Assembly: GCA_944372095.1 (NCBI GenBank)
Contig: CALVYG010000001.1
Coordinates: 26,036 to 90,035 of the forward strand
DNA: 64,000 nucleotides
From: an uncultured Clostridia bacterium
GTDB lineage: Bacteria; Bacillota; Clostridia; Christensenellales; DTU072
Direction: 5' to 3'
Shown: in pieces, positions 20,636 through 30,829 of the stretch
How positions within the stretch are numbered: the first letter of the stretch is position 1
Layout of the letters: each line of letters begins with the position of its first letter
Program-made: the position numbers and the translations under genes
Notes under the pieces: model-generated
The model's input: only the letters and a program-made list of their open reading frames with translations
Told to the model about the DNA's origin: nothing
Database searches by the model: none

Positions 20636-21238
20636 TCAATCCTCTTCCAACGTAAGTTTCTTCTTTTTTGGCAAAGCGCGCACTTTTTTCTTGATTTTGA
20701 AAACCTCTGGTTTCATCGTTTTTTTCAGAAATGCCGCTACTTCTTCACATACTCCCGGCTCTTGTTTTTTCGCAATAATGTAGTAAAATACCGACACCTG
20801 CGCATAAATGTAAACCCTTTTTCTTTTCACAGATACTTTCTCAATCCTGTCATAAGGATGCGTTTCGATGTAAATAGGGTTCCCTTTTGCATCGATATTG
20901 GTCACTATAATCGCGTCTTCGTTGAATTCCAGTTTCTGTTTCGCTATCCCGCGCTTTTCCATATCGACTTTATATCCGCCGATTGAAGTAATGAGGAACA
21001 AAATAAACGCTATCAGTATAAGCACTACGCATACGCCGAAAAGTATCAATATGAAAGTCTGCGCCATTGCAAAAAACAAAACAAGTCCGACTATAACCAA
21101 AATTGCAAGAATAAGTATTTCTCTGAGCCCGAAAAATCGGCGCATATAGTACATACTGCAATTAAAATAATCTTTCTTGTCCGCCGTGACGTAAACCGTC
21201 ATTGCGGGAGTAGTTTCCGTAAAATTGTCTTTATCCAT
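20636..21238 (-). CDS. Two-TM membrane protein (YcxB-like)
   Basis: Two TM helices followed by a beta-rich domain (LEFNEDAIIV...PYDRIEKV...YIY). Confidence 0.65.
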   Translation of the reverse strand: MDKDNFTETTPAMTVYVTADKKDYFNCSMYYMRRFFGLREILILAILVIVGLVLFFAMAQTFILILFGVCVVLILIAFILFLITSIGGYKVDMEKRGIAKQKLEFNEDAIIVTNIDAKGNPIYIETHPYDRIEKVSVKRKRVYIYAQVSVFYYIIAKKQEPGVCEEVAAFLKKTMKPEVFKIKKKVRALPKKKKLTLEED

Positions 21239-21275
21239 AGAATCAATTATATCTTATTAAGACTGTTTGTCAAGT

Positions 21276-23237
21276 CTATTCGAGTTCGACCGCACCCGTA
21301 TACAGAGCATAATACGTGCCTTTAAGCGCGAGAAGCTCGTCGTGGCTGCCTCTTTCGATAACTCTGCCGTTTTCAAGCACCATAATCGTATCCGAGTTTC
21401 TGACCGTGGAAAGCCTGTGCGCAATCACAAATACCGTTCTCCCTTTCATAAGCCTGTCCGTACCTTCCTGAACGAGAAGTTCGGTTCTGGTATCGATGGA
21501 TGAAGTCGCTTCGTCCATAATCATAACGGGCGCGTCCGCCACCGCCGCACGCGCAATGGCAAGCAACTGCCTTTGTCCTTGCGAAAGGTTCGAACCGTCG
21601 TTAGTCAGCATCGTGTCGTATCCTTGCGGTAAACGCGTTATAAAATCGTGTGCGTTAGCTATCTTCGCCGCTTCGTACACCTGTTCGTCCGTCGCGTCCA
21701 GTCTGCCGTATCGGATGTTTTCCATTATCGTTCCTGTAAACAGATTCGTATCCTGCAACACCATGCCGAGAGACTTTCTTAAATCGGATTTTTTGATTTT
21801 GTTGATATTTATTCCGTCGTATCGGATTTTTCCGTCTGCTATATCGTAAAACCTGTTAAGCAGATTCGTGATAGTCGTTTTCCCTGCGCCGGTCGCTCCG
21901 ACAAAAGCATATTTTTCCCCCGGTTTTGCGTGAAGAGATACGTCGTGCAATACGATTTTTTCGGGCACGTATCCGAAATCCACTTCGCGCATTTCGATAT
22001 CGCCCCGTAACGGTACGTACGTTATCGTTCCCTCCGCTCTGTGAGGATGTTTCCACGCCCATAAGCCCGTTCTCTCTTCCGTTTCGCAAAGTTCGCCGTT
22101 TTCGTTGTATTTTGCGTGGACAAGAGTTACGTATCCGTTATCTTCCTCGGGTTTTTCGTCCATAAGCTCAAACACCCTCTGCGCTCCTGCAAGCGCCATT
22201 ACCACAGCGTTTAACTGCTGGGACGCCTGACCTATCTGTACGGAGAATTGTCTTCCCATAGTCAGAAACCCTACGACTACCGGTATTATTTCCGCAGCGG
22301 TACGGGATACCCCCGAAAGCCCCACGTTTATCCCTTCGTATACTATTATCATCGAACCCACAAACGCCAATAACACATACATTATATTGCCTACGTTTCC
22401 GAGAATGGGCATAAGCATATTCGCATATGTGTGCGCCGTTTTTGAATCGTTATAAAGTTCTTCGTTGACTTTGTCGAATTCTTTTTTTATTTCCTCTTCG
22501 TGGTTAAATACTTTTATGACTTTCTGCCCGTGCATCGTTTCTTCCATAAACCCTTCCGCACGCGCGGTGGATTTCTGTTGCCTGATAAAATATTTGGCGC
22601 TCCGTCCGCCGACGTTTTTCGTAACGAAAAGCATTATCACGCTGAATCCCATTACTATCATTGCAAGCCATAAACTGTATGTGAGCATTATAATAAATAT
22701 GGTTACGAGCATTATGAACGAATTGAAAATATTCGGCAGCGACTGACTCACCATTTCTCTTATCGCGTCGATATCGTTCGTATAATGGCTCATTATGTCG
22801 CCGTGCGTATGCGTATCGAAATATTTTACGGGCAGATTCTGCATTCCGTTAAACATTTTCTTTCTCGTTTCGTCCAGGAATTTCTGCGTGACGACAGCCA
22901 TAATTCTGCTCCGCAGAAACTGAGCTATTATTCCTAGAAGATAGATAAACGCCATTACGATTACGCCGGTAATCAGTGATTTCAATATCTCGTCGCGTAC
23001 TTTACCCGAGTCGAACAGCGTTCCCACCATATTGATAATATAAATGCTCGCGCCGCTCGTGGCTATCGCCGCAACCACAAGGCATACCGCCACCACAATC
23101 AGCCTTTTTCCGTTTGCTTCAAACAACTCCTTCATTATCCGCCCGAATGCGTGAGCGGCGTCTTTCATATTTATTACCGGACGTTTAATATGATTATTTG
23201 CAGCGGTCTTTCCGCTTTTTTTCGTTGCAGCATCCAT
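21276..23237 (-). CDS. ABC exporter, fused permease/ATPase (heterodimer subunit)
   Basis: GATGAGKT, LSQGQRQ, IMDEATS, IAHRLST. Confidence 0.95.
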   Translation of the reverse strand: MDAATKKSGKTAANNHIKRPVINMKDAAHAFGRIMKELFEANGKRLIVVAVCLVVAAIATSGASIYIINMVGTLFDSGKVRDEILKSLITGVIVMAFIYLLGIIAQFLRSRIMAVVTQKFLDETRKKMFNGMQNLPVKYFDTHTHGDIMSHYTNDIDAIREMVSQSLPNIFNSFIMLVTIFIIMLTYSLWLAMIVMGFSVIMLFVTKNVGGRSAKYFIRQQKSTARAEGFMEETMHGQKVIKVFNHEEEIKKEFDKVNEELYNDSKTAHTYANMLMPILGNVGNIMYVLLAFVGSMIIVYEGINVGLSGVSRTAAEIIPVVVGFLTMGRQFSVQIGQASQQLNAVVMALAGAQRVFELMDEKPEEDNGYVTLVHAKYNENGELCETEERTGLWAWKHPHRAEGTITYVPLRGDIEMREVDFGYVPEKIVLHDVSLHAKPGEKYAFVGATGAGKTTITNLLNRFYDIADGKIRYDGININKIKKSDLRKSLGMVLQDTNLFTGTIMENIRYGRLDATDEQVYEAAKIANAHDFITRLPQGYDTMLTNDGSNLSQGQRQLLAIARAAVADAPVMIMDEATSSIDTRTELLVQEGTDRLMKGRTVFVIAHRLSTVRNSDTIMVLENGRVIERGSHDELLALKGTYYALYTGAVELE

Positions 23238-23238
23238 A

Positions 23239-25062
23239 TTATTCCTCCTCCTTTATCTGTGAATCGTATACTTCCCTGTAAATACGGCTTCTTTCCATAA
23301 GCTCTTCGTGCGTGCCGATATCGCTTATCCTGCCGCCGTCCATTACGATTATTTTATCCGCGTCCATTACAGACGCTATTCTTTGCGCTATTATAAATTT
23401 TGTTATATGCGGAATTTCTTCTTTGAAAGATTTTCTTATTTCCGCATCGGTACGGGTATCTACCGCACTCGTGGAATCGTCGAGAATAATTATTTTAGGG
23501 TTCTTTAACAACGCTCTTGCGATACACAAACGCTGCCTTTGTCCTCCGCTTACGTTGGTTCCTCCCTGTTCGATGTAAGTATCGTACCCGTCGGGAAAAC
23601 TCCTTATAAATCCGTCCGCGCAGGCAAGCGTCGCGGCATGGACGAGTTCTTCGTCCGTTGCGTCCTTATTTCCCCAACGCAGGTTTTCTTTTATCGTTCC
23701 GCTGAAAAGCAAGTTCTTTTGCAGCACCATCGAAACCGAATCGCGCAGCACCACAAGGTCATATTCTCTTACGTCTCTTCCGCCGACCAGAACTCTTCCT
23801 TCGGTAACGTCGTAAAGCCTCGGTATAAGCTGAACAAGACTTGTTTTCGCCGCTCCGGTTCCACCTATTATCCCGATTGTTTCTCCGCTTTTTATCGAAA
23901 GATTTATTCCTTCCAATGCAAATTTCTCCGCTTTATCGGAATATTTGAAACTTACGTTATCGAATACCACGCTTCCGTCGTCAACATGTTTTACCGCATT
24001 TTCGGGAGACGCAAGCGTGCTTTTTTCTTCAAGCACTTCGTAGAGTCGTCTTGACGATTCCACAGCCATTGTGCACATCACCAATATCATCGACAGCATC
24101 ATAAGCGATGCAAGCGATTGCATTGAGTATGTCAATAAACTCGTTATTTCTCCTATTTGTATTTTATCCCCCAACGGATGAGTTACGTCCATTATTATCA
24201 GCGACCCGAGGAATATTACGGTAAGCATTACCATATACATCATTCCCATCATCAGCGGGTTTGCAAATGCTATGATTTTTTCGGCACGCGTAAAATCGTT
24301 TCTTATCTCTCCGCTTGATTTCGCAAATTTTTCCTTTTCGTACTCCTCTCTGACATAAGCTTTCACAACTCTCATTGCCTTGACGTTCTCCTGTACGGAT
24401 TCGTTCATTTTGTCGTATTTCTTGAACACCTTATTAAAGATAGGAATAACTTTTACGAAAATGAATACGCATCCTACCGCCATAATAAACATAAGTCCGA
24501 GCGAAATAAGCGCAATGGACTTGCTTATCTGGAAAGACATAACAAGTGAAATCACCAGCATAAGCGGCGCTCTTACGCCTACCCTTATGAACATCATATA
24601 TGCGTTCTGTACGTTTGTTATATCGGTGGTAAGACGGGTAACCAATCCCGGCGCGCTGAACTTGTCTATGTTCGCAAAGGAAAATGTCTGTACGTTGTAA
24701 TAAACGTCTTTTCTTAAATTCTTTGCAAATCCGGCGCTTGCGCTAGCAACGGTTTTTCCTGCCATAGCCCCGCAGAACAGACTTAAAAACGCTATTATCA
24801 ACAGCAGTATGCCGTGGATAATAATACAGTTAAGCGTATCTCCGTCCGAAAGACCGTACATAAACGTCTGTATTCCGTGAATTATACCCGTGCTGGATTC
24901 CCCTGCTCCGCCCGCAAAATCTTCTATCGTATTTATCAGACTTGACGTAAACAACGGCAATATACATTCAAGCAGAACTTCGAATACGATAAGAACAGGC
25001 GTCAGTATACTGTCTTTCTTGTATTCTCTTATACATTTTGAAAGCCTTTTTATTATTTTCAT
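23239..25062 (-). CDS. ABC exporter, fused permease/ATPase (degenerate-site subunit)
   Basis: GGTGAAKT, VSGGQRQ, ILDDSTS, IAQRI; likely start MKIIK at 25062. Confidence 0.95.
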   Translation of the reverse strand: MKIIKRLSKCIREYKKDSILTPVLIVFEVLLECILPLFTSSLINTIEDFAGGAGESSTGIIHGIQTFMYGLSDGDTLNCIIIHGILLLIIAFLSLFCGAMAGKTVASASAGFAKNLRKDVYYNVQTFSFANIDKFSAPGLVTRLTTDITNVQNAYMMFIRVGVRAPLMLVISLVMSFQISKSIALISLGLMFIMAVGCVFIFVKVIPIFNKVFKKYDKMNESVQENVKAMRVVKAYVREEYEKEKFAKSSGEIRNDFTRAEKIIAFANPLMMGMMYMVMLTVIFLGSLIIMDVTHPLGDKIQIGEITSLLTYSMQSLASLMMLSMILVMCTMAVESSRRLYEVLEEKSTLASPENAVKHVDDGSVVFDNVSFKYSDKAEKFALEGINLSIKSGETIGIIGGTGAAKTSLVQLIPRLYDVTEGRVLVGGRDVREYDLVVLRDSVSMVLQKNLLFSGTIKENLRWGNKDATDEELVHAATLACADGFIRSFPDGYDTYIEQGGTNVSGGQRQRLCIARALLKNPKIIILDDSTSAVDTRTDAEIRKSFKEEIPHITKFIIAQRIASVMDADKIIVMDGGRISDIGTHEELMERSRIYREVYDSQIKEEE

Positions 25063-25109
25063 ATTTTCTATTCCTTCCCTTTCCGCCACTCCCGGCGGTT
25101 CGTTTTTCC

Positions 25110-25556
25110 TTATTTCCCTTTTTCTTCATTTCCCGACAGCATTTTCTTCAACAGCTTCACCATAACGGCTTTCTCTTCTTCGCTTAAAACGCCTGTCGCT
25201 TTTTCGTCTATGCTGTCAACGAGGTCTTTTATTTTTTCGGTCAGACCCTTTCCTTTTTCGGTAAGCGTCAGAAAATACTCTCTTCCGTCAAGCGGATTGG
25301 ATTTTTTTTCAATCAATCCGTTTTTCTGCATCGTCCCTATAAGGCTCGTCACGCTCGAACCTTTTAATTTCATTCTTTCGCACACCGCTTTCTGATTTAC
25401 ATCCCTGCCTTCGTTTTCTTTCAGAAACCCCAGCACTATCATCTGCGGAAAGCTCAGCCCCGCTCTTCCGAGTATTTCTTCCTTTGCGATAAACATCATA
25501 TGATTTACCGAATGCAAAAGATACACGAGCGAATCTTCTCTCCCTACGGATTTCAT
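25110..25556 (-). CDS. MarR family transcriptional regulator
   Basis: Winged HTH, NPLDGRE and LTLTEKG; heads the ABC operon. Confidence 0.92.
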   Translation of the reverse strand: MKSVGREDSLVYLLHSVNHMMFIAKEEILGRAGLSFPQMIVLGFLKENEGRDVNQKAVCERMKLKGSSVTSLIGTMQKNGLIEKKSNPLDGREYFLTLTEKGKGLTEKIKDLVDSIDEKATGVLSEEEKAVMVKLLKKMLSGNEEKGK

Positions 25557-25580
25557 AAGTCTTTTCTCCCGAAAAAAAAT

Positions 25581-25596
25581 AGTTAGATGTCTAACT
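25581..25596. promoter_or_regulatory. Putative MarR operator
   Basis: Palindrome AGTTAGA-TG-TCTAACT just downstream of minus-strand TTGACA-16-TATAAT (25604-25631). Confidence 0.75.
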
Positions 25597-25787
25597 TGTT
25601 TATATTATACCACATCAATTTTTATTGTCAAAGATTTTACACAAGAAATATCCGTAGTTTTCACAGTTTTTTTATCTTCATTTTCCGTATTACGTTAGTG
25701 CCGAAAACGGGCCTTCATCCGAGAATGACCCGTTCGACAAACATATTTTAATATTATAATGAATGGTTATTGAAAAAAAACCGGCAA

Positions 25788-26483
25788 TCAGCTGTTTTCA
25801 AAATATGCGACAACTCCGTCGTAGAGCGAATAGACGAATTTATCCAGGTAATCCTTATTACATAAAAGTTCTTCGTCCTGAGGATTGCTCAAAAAGCCGC
25901 ATTCGACGATAACCGAAGGCGCGTGGGTGCAGTTAAGCATAAAATATTCGCCCGGCAACGCGTCGAACACTCTCCCTACGTTCGCGGCATTAAGCGAGTT
26001 TATGCAGCCTTGAAGAATATCCGCAAGTATTCTTCCCTCTTCGCTCAAATCGTTGAAGAACACCTGAGCACCTCTTCTGTCCGACGACGGGAACTTATTA
26101 CAATGAATACTTAAAACCATATCGGGTTCGGATTTTTCTATAATATTTTTTCTTCTCGTAAAATCTTCCTGCTTAAAACTTCCCGCTTCATCCGCTCCGT
26201 CGTCCGTCGTACGCGTCATAACGACGAAAAATCCGGCGTCTTCAAGCAAATCTTTCAGCATAAAAGAAATTTCGAGATTCTTATCCGCTTCCTCTGTGCC
26301 GTTTTTCCCGACGACGCCCCTGTCGCTTCCGCCGTGCCCGGCGTCAATTACTATCACTTTCTGCCCGACGGAAGCCGTTTTGCTTTCCGCGACGCAAATC
26401 CCGCCCGCTATTGCGCACACCGCTACCGCCGCTATGATAATCAATGCTATTATTATCGTTTTTTTCTTCAAAACTATAAACAT
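25788..26483 (-). CDS. N-acetylmuramoyl-L-alanine amidase (CwlD-like)
   Basis: N-terminal anchor, IDAGHGG, LSIHCN, IVECGFLSN. Confidence 0.9.
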   Translation of the reverse strand: MFIVLKKKTIIIALIIIAAVAVCAIAGGICVAESKTASVGQKVIVIDAGHGGSDRGVVGKNGTEEADKNLEISFMLKDLLEDAGFFVVMTRTTDDGADEAGSFKQEDFTRRKNIIEKSEPDMVLSIHCNKFPSSDRRGAQVFFNDLSEEGRILADILQGCINSLNAANVGRVFDALPGEYFMLNCTHAPSVIVECGFLSNPQDEELLCNKDYLDKFVYSLYDGVVAYFENS

Positions 26484-26672
26484 TTCACCCTCCGATTTTC
26501 GGCATTTGCCGCCGATTTTTATTTCACTTTATTTTTTCCGCTTTACCCGCTCCCGTTTTTAAGCCTCTGCGTTCAATTCCCGCTCCGTTTTTCCCTCTTG
26601 CCTTTTCCTCTTCCTACCCTGTTAGGGGTTCCTTTTTGCTGTCTGAAAACGGTTTTTTTACATTTGTAACAA

Positions 26673-26825
26673 TTTTCAACAGAGTTATCCACAAAGTTAT
26701 CCACATTAAATTTATTGCTTGTTTTTTGCGTAATTCTTGCATATTTATGCGAATTTATGCTTATTTTCGGTTTACTCTTCCTCTCTTGTCTTTTAATATT
26801 GTGGATAACTTCTCTCTTATTCACA
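26673..26825. promoter_or_regulatory. DnaA-box cluster
   Basis: TTATCCACA at 26685 and 26697, TGTGGATAA at 26800, TTATTCACA at 26817, TTTTCAACA at 26673. Confidence 0.85.
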
Positions 26826-26956
26826 TTTTTTGCAACTTTGGTCGATTTTTGTCGAACGTACTTTTTGCCTTATCCGTTTTCTGCGGCTTTACCGTACACC
26901 CAAAACGCCTTGCACGGCTACCTTTACATACTTCCGTTTCGGGATATTGCGCATTT

Positions 26957-27712
26957 TTATGCACCCTTTATTAAGAAAAATGCCGCAATTCCGAGTATGG
27001 CGGTATATATCGAAAACCACGCCGCTTTGTCTTTTTTCAACACCGCCACAAACGTCTTTATGGCGGCAATCCCGACGCAGAACGCCACCGCCATTCCCAG
27101 AAATACTCCGCCGTTTACGGCTGTTCTTTCCGTATTCGTGATTATCTCCACCGCGCTTGAAGCTATTATCACGGGGATTGACAGTAAAAACGACATTTCC
27201 GCGCTCTCTTCCGCATTGACTCCGCAAAGCCTCAACGCCGTTACCGTCGTTCCGCTGCGCGATATTCCGTTTATGCACGCTATTCCCTGCGCCAGTCCCA
27301 CTATCGTGCTCTTTAATCCGGTTTTATTATCAAGCGCGCTCTCTTTCGGCTTGATTATTTTAGGCAGAATTAAAATCATAGACGTGAGTATAAAGCAAAA
27401 AGGCAAGGCGTTTGCCGTCTGGTCGGTAAAATATCTTACCAACGCGGCGATTATCCCCGTAGGGATACTCGCTATCAATATCATCTTCACGCGCGCGTCA
27501 AGCGGGTGCCTGATAAGATACAGAAGCCGTTTGCGATATACCGCTATTACCGCCGCAAGCGTTGCAAGGTGCAACATCAGATTCGTCATAAGGTCGGGTT
27601 TTCCTACCCCGAGCGATTCGAGAAGCATCAGATGTCCGCTGCTCGATATCGGCAGAAATTCGGTAAGTCCCTGTACCAGTCCCAATATAAATCCGCTTAA
27701 ATATTCGTTCAT
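26957..27712 (-). CDS. uppP: Undecaprenyl-diphosphate phosphatase
   Basis: QGLTEFLPISSSGH, GISRSG, SFLLSIP. Confidence 0.93.
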   Translation of the reverse strand: MNEYLSGFILGLVQGLTEFLPISSSGHLMLLESLGVGKPDLMTNLMLHLATLAAVIAVYRKRLLYLIRHPLDARVKMILIASIPTGIIAALVRYFTDQTANALPFCFILTSMILILPKIIKPKESALDNKTGLKSTIVGLAQGIACINGISRSGTTVTALRLCGVNAEESAEMSFLLSIPVIIASSAVEIITNTERTAVNGGVFLGMAVAFCVGIAAIKTFVAVLKKDKAAWFSIYTAILGIAAFFLIKGA

Positions 27713-27797
27713 TTTACTTTATTATTTATCTTTACAATCTTATTGTTTTGATGTATACTTTATGCACGAAATCAAAGGAAAAGGCAGGTAAAATTTT

Positions 27798-28880
27798 ATG
27801 AAACTCGGCGTAGTGGGATTGCCTAACGTAGGTAAAAGCACACTGTTCAACGCATTGACAAAGGGAAAAGCAATGGCCGCCAACTACCCGTTCTGCACCA
27901 TTGACCCGAACGTCGGCGTGGTAAAAGTCAAAGACGAACGTATCGACACTCTTTCCCGTCTTTACAACAGTAAAAGTACGGTCTATACGACGATTGAATT
28001 CGTCGATATTGCGGGACTGGTAAAAGGCGCGTCGAAAGGCGAAGGTCTCGGGAACAAATTCCTTTCCCATATCCGAGAAGTGGACGCCATTGTTCACGTC
28101 GTAAGATGTTTCGACGACGAGAACATTACTCACGTGGACGGAAGCGTAGACCCCGTACGCGATATTGAAACCATATCTTTGGAACTCGTTTTTGCCGATA
28201 TCGAGACCCTGAACAGAAGAATCGACCGTACGAAAGTCGCTATGAAAAGCGGCGATAAGAAGTACGTTTTCGAAATGGACGTTCTGAAAAAACTCATGGC
28301 AGTGCTTGAAAACGGCAAACCCGTAAGAAGCCTTTCTCTCGATAAAGAGGAAGAAGAGTTCGTCAAAAGTCTGTTCCTTCTCACGGATAAGAAAGTCATC
28401 TACTGCGCAAACGTAAAAGAGGGCGAAGAAAACTGCGAATATGCCCGCAAAGTAGCCGATTATGCCGCGGAAGAAGGCAGCGAGTCCGTCGCTTTATGCG
28501 TTAAACTCGAAGAAGAATTGAGCGAACTCGAAGATGACGAACGCGAATTGTTTATGGCTGACCTCGGTATGACGGAAAGCGGTCTGGATAAGCTTGTCAA
28601 AAAATGTTATTCTCTTCTCGGACTTATAAGTTTTCTTACCGCGGGAGAAAAAGAAACCCGCGCCTGGACGATTGAGAAAGGAACGAAAGCTCCTCAGGCG
28701 GCAGGTAAGATACATTCCGATTTCGAAAAAGGCTTTATCCGCGCGGAAATAGTGGATTACGATACTCTGGTGGAATGCGGCTCGTTCAACGCCGCAAAAG
28801 AAAAAGGCAAAATGCGTTCGGAAGGCAAAGATTACGTATTCAAGGACGGCGACGTCGTGATTTTCAGATTTAACGTTTAA
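27798..28880 (+). CDS. ychF: Redox-regulated ATPase YchF
   Basis: [41 protein letters not shown]. Confidence 0.97.
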   Translation: MKLGVVGLPNVGKSTLFNALTKGKAMAANYPFCTIDPNVGVVKVKDERIDTLSRLYNSKSTVYTTIEFVDIAGLVKGASKGEGLGNKFLSHIREVDAIVHVVRCFDDENITHVDGSVDPVRDIETISLELVFADIETLNRRIDRTKVAMKSGDKKYVFEMDVLKKLMAVLENGKPVRSLSLDKEEEEFVKSLFLLTDKKVIYCANVKEGEENCEYARKVADYAAEEGSESVALCVKLEEELSELEDDERELFMADLGMTESGLDKLVKKCYSLLGLISFLTAGEKETRAWTIEKGTKAPQAAGKIHSDFEKGFIRAEIVDYDTLVECGSFNAAKEKGKMRSEGKDYVFKDGDVVIFRFNV

Positions 28881-28899
28881 TCTGAATAAAAACAAAATT

Positions 28900-28927
28900 A
28901 AAAGCGTCCTTTGGGGGACGCTTTTTT
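28900..28927. terminator. Bidirectional terminator
   Basis: AAAAGCGTCC-loop-GGACGCTTTTTT. Confidence 0.8.
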
Positions 28928-28981
28928 ATTTAATTTTTTTCTTTTGTCTATCCTATGAAATTTCTGTTTTTATCACAGAAA

Positions 28982-30625
28982 TTATTTATGCTGATTTCTT
29001 ATATCGGCACGTTTGATTTTACCGCTGATAGTTTTCGGCAATTCGGCGACGAACTCCACAAGTCTCGGGTATTTATAAGGCGCGGTGGTACGTTTAACGT
29101 GGGTTTGCAGTTCTTTAACCAATTCTTCCGACGGTTCATACCCCTTTGCAAGCACTATCGTGGCTTTGATTATCTGTCCGCGCTGTTCGTCGGGAACTCC
29201 CGTAATCGCACATTCGAGAACAGCGGGATGCTCCATAAGCGCGCTTTCGACTTCAAACGGTCCTATTCTGTATCCGCTGCTTTTTATTACGTCGTCCGTT
29301 CTGCCGATAAACCAGAAATATCCGTCTTCGTCGTAATATGCCAAATCTCCCGTGTTGTGATAACCGTCCCCCAGTCTTTCTTTCGTAAGCTCGGGACTGT
29401 TATGATATTTATATACCAAACTGCATTGGGGTTTTTGAATTTTAATCACTATTTCCCCCACTACTCCCGGCTGAACGTCGTTCATATTTTCGTCCACAAG
29501 ATGTAAATCGTACAAAGGAGAAGGTTTTCCCATACTCCCCTCTTTTATGTCCATCATCGAAAACGTACCGAGAATTATACTCGTTTCGGTCTGTCCGTAT
29601 CCTTCGTAAATTTTTTGCCCGGTAGCCGCGTAAAATTGCCTGAAAACTTCGGGATTCAGCGCTTCCCCCGCCGTAGAACAATGCGTAAGCGACGAAAGAT
29701 TGTATTTCGATAAATCCTCTTTTATAAGATAACGGTATATCGTAGGCGGCGCGCAGAAGGTGTCTATTCCGTATTTTTCAATCCTTTCAAGCAAATCGGT
29801 AGGTTTGAATTTGTGCAGATAATCGTATATAAACAGACACGCGCCCGCTATCCACTGTCCGTAAAGTTTTCCCCAACTGCATTTCGCCCAGCCCGATTCG
29901 GATGCCGTAAAATGCAGTCCGTCGTCTTTTACCTTGTGCCAGAACACGGCATTGTATATAAATCCGAGCGGATAAAGGAAATTATGCGCAACCATTTTAG
30001 GATATCCGGTTGTTCCGGAAGTGAAATAAACCATACTTTCGTCGTCAAGTGACGTTTCCACTCTTTCCCATTCCGTACTCGCATTTTCCATTTCCGAAGT
30101 ATAATCCGCATACCCGTCGCGTTTCCCCGTCGTAAAATATATTATATCCGACGGAAGGTCGGGTTTCGTCTTATCGATGTTTTCAAGCACCGTTTCTTCG
30201 TTGGTCGCTATAAGGCATTTCGCCCCCGCTCCCTTTATGCGGTATTCTATGTCTTTCGGGGTAAGCAGGAAAGTTGCGGGGATTATTACTATACCGGCTT
30301 TATGGCACGCTATAACCGTAACCCAATATTCCCATCTGCGGTTGAGCATCGTCATAACGATGTCGCCTTTTTTCAATCCGCGGCTTTTAAGTACGTTTGC
30401 CGCCTGATTTGCCATAACCGACAGTTCTTTGAACGTTATCGTCTTTTCTTCACCTTTGTCGTTGCACCACAGTATCGCTTTCTTTTCCGGCGCAAGTTTC
30501 GCATATTCGTCTATTACGTCGTAAGCAAAATTAAATTTCTCAGGTACTTTCAGTTTTCCGTTCTTTCTGAAATCTTCATAATCGGCATATTCCGTTCTTT
30601 CAAGAAATCTGTTTACTAAATTCAT
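28982..30625 (-). CDS. Acyl-CoA synthetase (AMP-forming, short/medium-chain type)
   Basis: YFTSGTTGYPK, YGQTE, YHNTGD, GRTDDVIKSSGYRIGPFEVES, LPKTISGKI. Confidence 0.93.
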   Translation of the reverse strand: MNLVNRFLERTEYADYEDFRKNGKLKVPEKFNFAYDVIDEYAKLAPEKKAILWCNDKGEEKTITFKELSVMANQAANVLKSRGLKKGDIVMTMLNRRWEYWVTVIACHKAGIVIIPATFLLTPKDIEYRIKGAGAKCLIATNEETVLENIDKTKPDLPSDIIYFTTGKRDGYADYTSEMENASTEWERVETSLDDESMVYFTSGTTGYPKMVAHNFLYPLGFIYNAVFWHKVKDDGLHFTASESGWAKCSWGKLYGQWIAGACLFIYDYLHKFKPTDLLERIEKYGIDTFCAPPTIYRYLIKEDLSKYNLSSLTHCSTAGEALNPEVFRQFYAATGQKIYEGYGQTETSIILGTFSMMDIKEGSMGKPSPLYDLHLVDENMNDVQPGVVGEIVIKIQKPQCSLVYKYHNSPELTKERLGDGYHNTGDLAYYDEDGYFWFIGRTDDVIKSSGYRIGPFEVESALMEHPAVLECAITGVPDEQRGQIIKATIVLAKGYEPSEELVKELQTHVKRTTAPYKYPRLVEFVAELPKTISGKIKRADIRNQHK

Positions 30626-30643
30626 CTGCGTCTCCCGTATATT

Positions 30644-30672
30644 AAAAAAGGTATCTTGCTTGTAAGATACCT
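30644..30672 (-). terminator. Attenuator terminator in the acyl-CoA synthetase leader
   Basis: AGGTATCTT-ACAAGC-AAGATACCT-TTTTT on the minus strand, upstream of the CDS start. Confidence 0.85.
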
Positions 30673-30712
30673 CCTGTATTAAATGTCGCTTACAAGCACG
30701 GTTTATCGAACG

Positions 30713-30772
30713 TCATCTTACGACGTTTACGACTACCACTCCTACGACTGTAAGTATTCTGCTTGTTTTCAT
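30713..30772 (-). CDS. Val-rich attenuator leader peptide MKTSRILTVVGVVVVNVVR
   Basis: SD GGAAGG, ATG 30772, TGA 30713-30715; 8 Val among codons 9-18; followed by antiterminator and terminator. Confidence 0.85.
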   Translation of the reverse strand: MKTSRILTVVGVVVVNVVR

Positions 30773-30800
30773 AATACCTTCCTGCGTTTTTGTAATTATT

Positions 30801-30829
30801 ATGCTAGCACAATTTTCACCGTCGGTCAA
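30801..30829 (-). promoter_or_regulatory. Promoter of the leader-peptide/acyl-CoA synthetase transcript
   Basis: TTGACC-17 nt-TAGCAT with TGn extension. Confidence 0.55.

Noticed and set aside
26573-26824. 83-aa minus-strand ORF and overlapping ORFs at 26334-27141
   Set aside because: VDNFVDNSVEN is just the translation of tandem DnaA boxes; no convincing RBS or domain.
26889-26954. 21-codon ORF MRNIPKRKYVKVAVQGVLGVR after uppP
   Set aside because: No regulatory codon run or attenuator structure; no evidence it is real.
26715-27791. 358-aa plus-strand ORF
   Set aside because: Antisense shadow of uppP.
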